A stretch of 24,000 nucleotides of DNA, from positions 744,865 through 768,864 of the forward strand of contig CAWBWQ010000007.1 in assembly GCA_963792535.1 (NCBI GenBank), read 5' to 3'. This stretch comes from an uncultured Phycisphaerales bacterium. GTDB lineage: Bacteria; Planctomycetota; Phycisphaerae; Tepidisphaerales; Tepidisphaeraceae. Within the stretch, counting starts at the first letter, position 1, and every line of letters starts with the position of its first letter. Below the pieces are notes generated by a model, which was not told the DNA's origin, searched no databases, and saw nothing but the letters and a program-made list of their open reading frames with translations. Made by a program: the position numbers and the translations under genes. This document shows, piece after piece, positions 17,001 through 24,000 of the stretch.

Positions 17001-17421
17001 TCACTGGCTTGCGACACTGCTGATGGTCGAGCCGTTCCGGGTGAACCTCACGATCGTTGCCGCGGTGCTCACGGTGATGAGTTATTCGATGATCGATACG
17101 ATTGTGGTATTCGACCGCATTCGCGAGAACCGGTTGAAGTTCGGATACCTGAATCAGAAGATCGTAAATGATTCAATCAATCAGACGCTTTCGCGTACCT
17201 TGCTGACCGCGGGCACGACGATTGTGACCGTCGCAGGCATGTATGTTGTGGGTGGACCTGGGATTCACGGCTTTACTTTTGTACTTTTGGTTGGCATATT
17301 AGTAGGAACGTATTCTTCAATAGCGATTGCTGCTCCTTTCTTGCTGATCGGGGCAGACGCGGCGAAGAAAGCGAGCCGCAAGTCTCCGCCATCCAGTCAT
17401 CTGCAAAGGGTCACTGGTTGA
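14053..17421 (+). CDS. secDF: fused protein-export membrane protein SecDF (1122 aa)
   Basis: TM1 is followed by a large periplasmic P1 and then the SecD TM bundle ([26 protein letters not shown]). A second large periplasmic domain is followed by the SecF TM bundle ([19 protein letters not shown]). The ORF is intact and sits in the tgt-yajC-secDF context. Confidence 0.93.
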   Translation: [1122 protein letters not shown]

Positions 17422-17541
17422 ACTGAACATGATGGAGAGCGGTGGGTGGTCTGGCGACGGAGTTTGCCAGTCATCACCGCCTGGAGCTTTTGTTTCAGGC
17501 CTGTGCCGAATAATTGGATTTGTAGGGAAGGAGTCCCGCTC

Positions 17542-18453
17542 ATGCGCAAGGATGCGAAAATCGGATTCGCCATTGGTGGCGTTCTGCTGGCTGTTCTCAC
17601 CGTTTACGCGATCGTTGTCCCCAAACACAAGAAAACGAATAGCACCGTTGCGGTGATTACCCCACCGCCAGCGGACCTGTCGCCGGCAACACCTGGCCCG
17701 ACGATGATCGCCAGCGGTGTTGGACCCGATGTTGCTCCGATCAGCCCGATGCCTGCTCCTTCTGCCCCCGTGGTAGATGCCCAGCAAACGGTTCCGGCGG
17801 CCCCTTTGCTCGATCCAGCCAAGGCAACCCCCCCGCTTCGCGTGGATGCCGGCAATACTGATGATCAGAAAACACCCGGAATCGTTGCCGACAACGGTCC
17901 GATTGTTCCAGCCCCACCGGCCGAATCGCACATCAAGCCGAATAAAGTTAAATCGCTTCAGTTAGATGTGCCCGAAGCGCCTTCGGCGGGTTCGGATCGG
18001 GTTTATGTCGTGCAGGCCGGACAGACCCTCAGCAGCATTGCCAACGATATTTACGGCAATCCCCGCTTCTGGGTCGCGATTCAGCGCGAAAACAAGGCCA
18101 TCAATGCAAACCATTTAAAGGTGGGTCAGAAAATCAGCTTGCCGGACATCACACCGATTCGTCCCGGCGCGGTTGAGGAAGTAACACCTCCTGAATCCGT
18201 GATAACAGCTTCGCATGTCGTCGAAGCTTCGATCGAGACCGGCAGCACACATGGCAGTTATGTGGTCAAGCCGGGCGACAGTTTGTACAAAATCGCCCGC
18301 ACAGTATTGGGCAGCGGTCGAAAGGCCGAGGCTTTGTACGCGCTGAATAAGGACATCATCGGATCGGACAAAACCCGCCTGAAACTCGGCACTATTTTGA
18401 AATTGCCCGAGGTCGCCAACACGCGATTGGCCAGTTCGCGGTCGATGCATTAA
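17542..18453 (+). CDS. membrane-anchored LysM domain protein (two LysM repeats)
   Basis: The ATG at 17542 is preceded by GGAAGGAG. The TM is IGFAIGGVLLAVLTVYAIVV, followed by a Pro-rich linker. The two LysM repeats are YVVQAGQTLSSIANDIYGNPRFWVAIQRENK...LKVGQKISLP and YVVKPGDSLYKIARTVLGSG...LKLGTILKLP. The ORF is open in frame up to 17446. Confidence 0.85.
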   Translation: MRKDAKIGFAIGGVLLAVLTVYAIVVPKHKKTNSTVAVITPPPADLSPATPGPTMIASGVGPDVAPISPMPAPSAPVVDAQQTVPAAPLLDPAKATPPLRVDAGNTDDQKTPGIVADNGPIVPAPPAESHIKPNKVKSLQLDVPEAPSAGSDRVYVVQAGQTLSSIANDIYGNPRFWVAIQRENKAINANHLKVGQKISLPDITPIRPGAVEEVTPPESVITASHVVEASIETGSTHGSYVVKPGDSLYKIARTVLGSGRKAEALYALNKDIIGSDKTRLKLGTILKLPEVANTRLASSRSMH

Positions 18454-18467
18454 ACTCTGTACCGCGC

Positions 18468-19019
18468 ATGAAAGTCATCGAGACCGCAATACCGGCTGTA
18501 AAAATCCTTCTCCCAGCCAAGCACGGTGACCATCGCGGATTTTTTTCCGAGGTTTTCAATGCCCGCTTCCTCAGGGAAGCGGGCCTTTGTTTTGACTTTG
18601 TGCAGGACAACCATTCCCTCTCTGCTGAAAAGGGTGTTGTCCGCGGCCTGCACTATCAGATTGCGCCGATGGCGCAGGATAAGTTGGTCCGGGTCGTCCG
18701 CGGGGGCATCCTCGATGTCGCAGTTGATATCCGCAGGGATTCACCGACCTTCGGAAAGCATGTCACAGCCGAATTATCCGCCGACAATTGGCTGCAGATG
18801 CTGGTTCCCGCAGGCTTCGCCCACGGTTTTGTAACCCTGCAGGCTCACACTGAAGTTGTCTACAAGGTCACGAAATTTTATTCTGCCGCGCATGATCGCG
18901 GCATCAAATGGAACGACCCGTCGCTGGGCATCAACTGGGGTGTTGATGAATTTTCCGCGACCTTGTCCGCCAAGGACAAAGTGCAACCGAATCTCAAAGA
19001 CGCGGTCGATCTGTTTTAG
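18468..19019 (+). CDS. rfbC: dTDP-4-dehydrorhamnose 3,5-epimerase
   Basis: HGDHRGFFSEVF, VQDNHSLSAEKGVVRGLHYQ, QDKLVRVVRGGILDVAVDIR and AGFAHGF are RmlC cupin signatures. Confidence 0.93.
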   Translation: MKVIETAIPAVKILLPAKHGDHRGFFSEVFNARFLREAGLCFDFVQDNHSLSAEKGVVRGLHYQIAPMAQDKLVRVVRGGILDVAVDIRRDSPTFGKHVTAELSADNWLQMLVPAGFAHGFVTLQAHTEVVYKVTKFYSAAHDRGIKWNDPSLGINWGVDEFSATLSAKDKVQPNLKDAVDLF

Positions 19020-19158
19020 AATGTAACGGGCGGATAGTATGAACCCGGCGGGCAGTTTTAAGCAATTGCCGGGGCCTTTGTTAAAAATATAACGCAATCG
19101 GCGATGCGCGGGCACGGCTTGCGGTCACTGATTGTTTCACCAACGACTACGGACGATT

Positions 19159-20034
19159 ATGAAAGGCATTCTCCTCGCCGGCGGCGCAGGCACCCGGCTT
19201 TATCCGCTGACCCGCTGCATCAGCAAGCAGTTGCTGCCGGTCTACGATAAACCAACGATCTATTATCCGCTGTCGGTACTAATGCTGGCCGGGATCCGCG
19301 AGATCCTGGTTATCAGCACCCCGCGCGACCTGCCACGCATTGAGGATCTCTTTGGAGATGGCTCGCAACTTGGACTGAAACTTTCCTACAAAGCCCAGGC
19401 ACAACCCAACGGAATCGCCCAGGCATTTGTTCTCGGGGCGGACTTCATCGGCGATTCTCCGGTTTGTCTGATCCTCGGCGATAACATCTTCTACGGCCAC
19501 GACCTGACCGAAATGCTCGAAGACTCGGCGAAACTGACCAGCGGATCGCGCGTCTTTGCCTACCAGGTTAAAGACCCCCACCGCTACGGCGTGGTTGAAT
19601 TTGACCATAGTCATATCGCCCTGAGCATCGAAGAAAAACCCAAAGAACCGCGCAGCAACTGGGCGGTCACCGGACTCTATTTTTACGATGCCGAGGTGGT
19701 GAAGATTGCCCGCGACCTGAAACCCTCCCCTCGAGGCGAATATGAAATTACCGATGTAAACCGCGCTTATCTGCAGCGCGGTAACCTGCAGGTGCAGTGC
19801 ATGGGCCGCGGCATCGCCTGGCTGGATACCGGCACATATGACTCGCTGCTGTCGAGTTCCATCTTCGTGCAGACCCTTGAAGAGCGACAGGGTTTGAAGG
19901 TCGCCTGCGTGGAAGAAATCGCCTTTGCGAAAAAATTTATCGATGCCGCCGGTTTGAAGAAACTGATCGAGCAGGCCGGCAAAAGCGAGTACGGGCAATA
20001 CCTCTTGCGCGTGTTACACGAAGAGACATCCTGA
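19159..20034 (+). CDS. rfbA: glucose-1-phosphate thymidylyltransferase
   Basis: [18 protein letters not shown]...[31 protein letters not shown]...GIAWLDTGT is the RmlA signature. The start is taken at the ATG at 19159; the ORF is open from 19132. Confidence 0.93.
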   Translation: MKGILLAGGAGTRLYPLTRCISKQLLPVYDKPTIYYPLSVLMLAGIREILVISTPRDLPRIEDLFGDGSQLGLKLSYKAQAQPNGIAQAFVLGADFIGDSPVCLILGDNIFYGHDLTEMLEDSAKLTSGSRVFAYQVKDPHRYGVVEFDHSHIALSIEEKPKEPRSNWAVTGLYFYDAEVVKIARDLKPSPRGEYEITDVNRAYLQRGNLQVQCMGRGIAWLDTGTYDSLLSSSIFVQTLEERQGLKVACVEEIAFAKKFIDAAGLKKLIEQAGKSEYGQYLLRVLHEETS

Positions 20035-20112
20035 CCTGCATCGGGCAACCGCAGGCAACAAATCGCTGTTGAGCATGGGAGTGGGTAAAAACCACCAGAT
20101 CTCCTATTTTAT

Positions 20113-20134
20113 CCAATTTCCAAATTCCAAATTT
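20113..20134. repeat. three tandem CCAAATT-like heptamers inside an AT-rich patch of the convergent intergenic region
   Basis: CCAATTT (20113-19), CCAAATT (20120-26) and CCAAATTT (20127-34) are embedded in TATTTTATCCAATTTCCAAATTCCAAATTTAATTTTCATG. Confidence 0.7.
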
Positions 20135-20228
20135 AATTTTCATGTCCCAGTTCAAACTAGGATTGACCCGGTTTTAAGGCGATCAATCAGGCTGCGTCTC
20201 CGCTTATTACTTCTTCACAGAAAAGGGT

Positions 20229-23021
20229 TTATCGATGAGGCAGAGTGGATGTCCCGCCCGCAGTTACCGCGTTAACGCTTCGCCCTAATTTCCAGAGCAG
20301 CAGCGGGCGCAGGACGCAAAGCGTGGCCAGGTAAATGCACGCGGTCCCCAGCGCCATCACCAGCCCAAGGCTTTTAAGTCCTTCGTGATGGCCCAGCAGC
20401 CAGAAGAAACCAAAGCTGACGCTGGTGACATAGCCGCACAGCAAAAGTGCCTTGTCGCTGACATCCCACGCATGCCAGCGACGATGGCAATCACTGGAGG
20501 CTTCGTTGTAGCGGTGCACCATGAACACGCCGTACTCGTGGCCAGCGCCGATCAGAATCGGCAGGCCGAAGAAATTGGCGAAGTTCCAATCGATTTGCAG
20601 AAGCCCCATCAAGGCGATCAGCATCGGCAACCCCATCGCCAGGACGCTGATGGCAAGCAGTGTCTGGCGGAAATCTTTCAAGTCGATCAGAACGAGCACG
20701 AAGATCAAACAGAGCGCATACCCGGTAGCGTGGTAAAACGATTTTTCGATACTGCTGGTGGAATGGTACACATTGATGGCGATGCCCGTGGCTGGCGGCG
20801 CGCCGGGGATCCCGCCGATGGTGGCTTCGATGCTGTGAACAAACGCCGCCAGGTTGGCCTGCTGCCAAAGGTCCTGCCGGGGATTGATATAAAGGGCAAA
20901 CTTTCCGTCCTGGCCGATCAAATGTTCTCGTAACGATTGAGGAAGGGCTGCAATATTCAGCGGCGTGGGGCGGAATTGCGCCAGTTGATCCCGCAACTGC
21001 CCGATGAACGACTGCTGCCAGGCGGTGAGTCGATCGGCAGCTGACGAGGGACCAACCTGGGCGATCAATTTGACCAGGCCCTCCAGCGAATCGGCCGCTG
21101 CCCCAAACGCCGGTTCCGATACATTCGCCGCGCGCATCGCGGCAGCGAGTTTTGTTGCCGCCGACTGAATGGCAGCAAGGTTTCCCGGACCGACCGGGTC
21201 GTAATCCGCGGCCGGGATATCCGCAGCCTGCTGGCTTTTCAACCAGTCATTGTTGTCATACGCGGTGAGAATACTTTCCGTGCCCTGAACGCTTGGAAGC
21301 TTTTCCACAGCGTCGCGCACCTGCCGAAGTTTCTGCAGGTCCGCAGGCGGCGCAAGCACAACCGCCGACCAGGTCTGAAGTTTTTGGATCAACGTCACCG
21401 ATTGCAGCGACTGCGCCTGCATTTTCAGCAGACTGGGATCGAAATTAAAACGCCTCGCGTAGGGGATTCCGATGAGTAATAAAATGGCCCAGACAAACGG
21501 GGGAGCGAGCCAGAGATGGCGCAGTCGTGAGGTTGATTTCACCGCCCGATTCACGGCAATGCCCGCAGCGCCGCCCACACCTGTCGATTCATCGGGGGGA
21601 TCTTCGCACGATCCGCCCCGCTCGGCATCGGATAACCGGGGCTTGGCTGGAAAGAGCGTCAACAGCGGCGGCAGGATGATGTAGCCGGTCAGAAGGCAGA
21701 GCAACAACCCGCCGCTGGCGACGATTCCCAACTCGGCAGCGCCTCGAAAATTTGTGAAAACCGACACAAAAAAGGCCCCGGCAGCGCCCATGCAGGCGGT
21801 GTTGATCGGAGCGGCTACATATTTGAATACGCCGGTCCAGATTCCCCGCGGACTGCTTCGCCGGGCGGACTCCCGGCGATAGCGCGTCAGCACCTGGATC
21901 AGGTAATCCATGCCGATACCGGTCAAGGCGATGAGAAACACCATCGAAAGCAGATTTAAATTATGCACGGTCAGCGTGGCCCAGGCGAAGGTCCAACCGA
22001 TGCCGATCAACAACGCGATTTCGGCAACCACCGCCAACCAGAACGAGCGCAGAAGAAGCATGAGCCCGACAAACACCGCCGACAGCGCGGCAATTTCTGA
22101 CAGCCGGGCATCGCGATCCGTGGTGGCCATCTCGTCGGCTTCCAGCGCGGGGCGGCCGGTTAACGCAGCCTTGAATTCCGGAAATGGTTGCGAAGCCCTG
22201 GCGATGGTCGCCCGTATTCCATCAATCGTATGTTCCAGACCGTTCTGGGTGGTGAAATCGTGCCGCTCGTACACCTTGATCAGCAGCAGATGGTTTCCCT
22301 TCTGCTTCTGGTCTTCGATGTAGTAGTAACCCAGTTTTGATGGATCGGTGGAGCTCAGCTGGGCGAGATCCGGCACCTGCCGGCCGAGCTCAATCGGGGC
22401 AGCTGTGTCCTTCAGGGCGGCGCTCATCCCATCGGACATCAGCGCAACAAATTCAGCGCTTTGGGTCGTGGGCTGCGGGCTTGCAAACCGGTGCGGGTTC
22501 AAGGCTGTGAGAAAACGTTCGATCGGCACACGGCCCATGGAACGGTTGAGCAGATTTGTCGGGCGAAACGGAATGCTGAGCTGCTGAAAGTCTCGAAAGT
22601 CCTGCTTTACCTGCAGCGGATCTTCAAACAGGATTCCCTGCGGGCCAAGCGCTTTAACCGGTATGTGACTGTCCACGGCTGTTACATCATCGGTATCTTT
22701 TTTCAGCGCATCGGTCACTGCGTCCGCAACGGCTATCCAGTCCCTGGTAACCGGTTCGCTGGCGGGAGAAACCGCGTCGATCAGCACATAGCTGGCCTGG
22801 TTTTCTGGGAAGTTGCGGGTGAATTCGATGTAGTCTTTGAAGAACCCCACCTTGCTGGAAAACAGATCGTCCTGGTTGGTGGAAATGCCCAGGTTGGCCA
22901 GCGAATAAATCCCCGATGCAAGCAGCGCGATCAGTGCGATCGCGAGGGTGGTTTTCGGGTGCGTCACCACCCAGAGTATCGCGATGAGCAATCGGCGGTG
23001 GAGGCGACGCGAATGGGACAT
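20229..23021 (-). CDS. RND-superfamily MMPL-type transporter, HpnN-like (930 aa)
   Basis: The ORF is intact. It has two repeats, each with one TM, a large periplasmic loop and a 5-TM bundle. The bundle motifs are LTGIGMDYLIQVLTRYRRE and LIGAGHEYGVFMVHRYNE. The N-terminus (LAIALIALLASGIYSLANLGISTNQDDLF) resembles HpnN/MMPL exporters. Confidence 0.82.
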   Translation of the reverse strand: MSHSRRLHRRLLIAILWVVTHPKTTLAIALIALLASGIYSLANLGISTNQDDLFSSKVGFFKDYIEFTRNFPENQASYVLIDAVSPASEPVTRDWIAVADAVTDALKKDTDDVTAVDSHIPVKALGPQGILFEDPLQVKQDFRDFQQLSIPFRPTNLLNRSMGRVPIERFLTALNPHRFASPQPTTQSAEFVALMSDGMSAALKDTAAPIELGRQVPDLAQLSSTDPSKLGYYYIEDQKQKGNHLLLIKVYERHDFTTQNGLEHTIDGIRATIARASQPFPEFKAALTGRPALEADEMATTDRDARLSEIAALSAVFVGLMLLLRSFWLAVVAEIALLIGIGWTFAWATLTVHNLNLLSMVFLIALTGIGMDYLIQVLTRYRRESARRSSPRGIWTGVFKYVAAPINTACMGAAGAFFVSVFTNFRGAAELGIVASGGLLLCLLTGYIILPPLLTLFPAKPRLSDAERGGSCEDPPDESTGVGGAAGIAVNRAVKSTSRLRHLWLAPPFVWAILLLIGIPYARRFNFDPSLLKMQAQSLQSVTLIQKLQTWSAVVLAPPADLQKLRQVRDAVEKLPSVQGTESILTAYDNNDWLKSQQAADIPAADYDPVGPGNLAAIQSAATKLAAAMRAANVSEPAFGAAADSLEGLVKLIAQVGPSSAADRLTAWQQSFIGQLRDQLAQFRPTPLNIAALPQSLREHLIGQDGKFALYINPRQDLWQQANLAAFVHSIEATIGGIPGAPPATGIAINVYHSTSSIEKSFYHATGYALCLIFVLVLIDLKDFRQTLLAISVLAMGLPMLIALMGLLQIDWNFANFFGLPILIGAGHEYGVFMVHRYNEASSDCHRRWHAWDVSDKALLLCGYVTSVSFGFFWLLGHHEGLKSLGLVMALGTACIYLATLCVLRPLLLWKLGRSVNAVTAGGTSTLPHR

Positions 23022-23084
23022 AAGTGGCTGAAGCTTGAATGACGAATGACTGAATCCAATCGCCTTTCGGATTGGCGCATGCGG

Positions 23085-24000
23085 TTATGCCAGCATCGCC
23101 CGTTTGGCCAGACCGATGACAGTATCCCATGCGGTGCCGGGAAATTTCGTGGTATCCATCAGCGTGGTCTGCATTGCGTTGAGGAACCAGTCCATATCCT
23201 CGCGCGTGATGGTCATCGGCGGCAGGAACTTGATCACTTCCGTGTGATAGCCTGCCACCTGCGTCAGTATTTTGTGGTCCTGCAGCAGGGGAATAATAAT
23301 CATTTGTCCGAACACACCGAAATTCATCTTGTGAAGCATGTCCCAGGCAAGCTTAAGCTTGAAAGAATCTTTAGGGCGGGCGAAGTCGATGCCGAACATC
23401 AGGCCTTTGCCTCGGATCTCAGAAACAAAAGGACAATCCTTGCCGATTTCGCGCAAGCGCGTCATGGCATATTCACCCATGGCAGCGGCGTTCTCGACGA
23501 GCTTGTCCTGCTCGATGACATACAGGCTTGCCAGTGCGGCGGCCATCGCCAGATCGTTTTGCCCGAAGGTATTGGAATGCACGACGCAGCGTTCCATGGA
23601 ATTGAAAACGGCGTCCATGATTTTGGGCCGGGTGATCACCGCGCCGACTGGCACGTATCCACCAGACAGGGCTTTGGCGACACAGACGATATCGGGCTCG
23701 ACGCCGTCGAAATGTTGATAGGCAAACCATTTGCCGGTGCGGCCCAGGCCGCATTGCACTTCATCGCAAATCAGCAGTGTGCCGTACTTATTGCACAGCC
23801 GCTGCGCTTCGGCGAGGTAACCGTCGGCGACCATTTCGCAGCTCTTGCCCTGCACGGGTTCGACAATGAACGCGGCAGCCTGCTTTGAGCTGAGCGCTTT
23901 TTCCAGTGCGGGGAGATCGTTGAACGGCACCTGCCGGGTGCCGGGCATCAACTGACCAAAACGTTCGCGGAAAAAATCAGCGCCGTTCAATGCCAGCGAT
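23085..24000 (-). CDS. class-III PLP-dependent aminotransferase (ornithine/putrescine/acetylornithine aminotransferase family); N-terminus beyond the right edge
   Basis: AAFIVEPVQGKS, LICDEVQCGLGRTGKWFAYQH and PDIVCVAKALSGGYVPVG (PLP lysine) are present. The frame is open to the window edge, and the stop is at 23085. Confidence 0.88.
   Translation of the reverse strand, partial: SLALNGADFFRERFGQLMPGTRQVPFNDLPALEKALSSKQAAAFIVEPVQGKSCEMVADGYLAEAQRLCNKYGTLLICDEVQCGLGRTGKWFAYQHFDGVEPDIVCVAKALSGGYVPVGAVITRPKIMDAVFNSMERCVVHSNTFGQNDLAMAAALASLYVIEQDKLVENAAAMGEYAMTRLREIGKDCPFVSEIRGKGLMFGIDFARPKDSFKLKLAWDMLHKMNFGVFGQMIIIPLLQDHKILTQVAGYHTEVIKFLPPMTITREDMDWFLNAMQTTLMDTTKFPGTAWDTVIGLAKRAMLA

Noticed and set aside
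14383-17931. Minus-strand ORFs 14659..15165, 15750..16364, 16606..17004 and 17317..17931.
   Set aside because: They are antisense to secDF or the LysM gene. They have no start context or motifs, and the sense frames are clearly the real genes.
19279-19998. A 239-aa minus-strand ORF.
   Set aside because: It is antisense to rfbA, which has a textbook RmlA sequence, so it is a shadow ORF.
18468-20034. rmlC-rmlA present without rmlB/rmlD.
   Set aside because: Split dTDP-rhamnose gene sets are common. The missing genes are probably elsewhere in the genome, so this is not informative from this window.
20385-23042. Plus-strand ORFs 20385..20933 (182 aa), 21910..22323 and 22461..23042 (193 aa).
   Set aside because: All lie antisense inside the intact 930-aa RND gene. 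They are Arg/Gln/His-rich translations without domain signatures.
23046-23888. A 280-aa plus-strand ORF and the nested ORF 23338..23718.
   Set aside because: They are antisense to the aminotransferase gene, whose minus-frame translation carries unmistakable class-III PLP motifs. The plus-frame product is low-complexity with no recognisable motif. These are typical shadow ORFs of GC-rich DNA.

Overview
This is a GC-rich bacterial chromosomal segment that looks like core genome, not an accessory island. The gene content (T2SS-like gspE-gspF-pseudopilin cluster, ECF sigma module, very long fused SecDF, weak Shine-Dalgarno usage) fits a PVC-superphylum or Planctomycetota-like organism, but that is inference only. 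From left to right the window holds: (1) a minus-strand pseudopilin (partial), gspF and gspE; (2) a minus-strand four-gene envelope-stress-type module: ECF sigma, zf-HC2 anti-sigma, membrane-anchored Spy/CpxP-like LTxxQ protein, and a secreted poly-Gly/coiled-coil protein; (3) a SatP/YaaH-family channel; (4) a 511-aa polytopic GT-C-like membrane protein; (5) rpmI-rplT without infC; (6) a 734-aa double-vWA membrane protein; (7) an AT-rich island of about 0.9 kb with one small membrane-protein gene; (8) the conserved tgt-yajC-secDF operon; (9) a LysM protein; (10) rmlC-rmlA; (11) an HpnN/MMPL-type RND transporter; (12) a class-III aminotransferase (partial). I recognised no rRNA, tRNA, CRISPR array, transposase, integrase or phage gene. 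I do not see a convincing new multi-gene system, defence-related or otherwise. The most unusual directly visible property is five single-nucleotide frame disruptions, in gspF, gspE, the poly-Gly gene, the Spy-like gene and tgt. More than 11 kb of other long ORFs are intact. This is either assembly indel error or real gene decay, and it needs read-level checking. The other second-look items carry modest scores.
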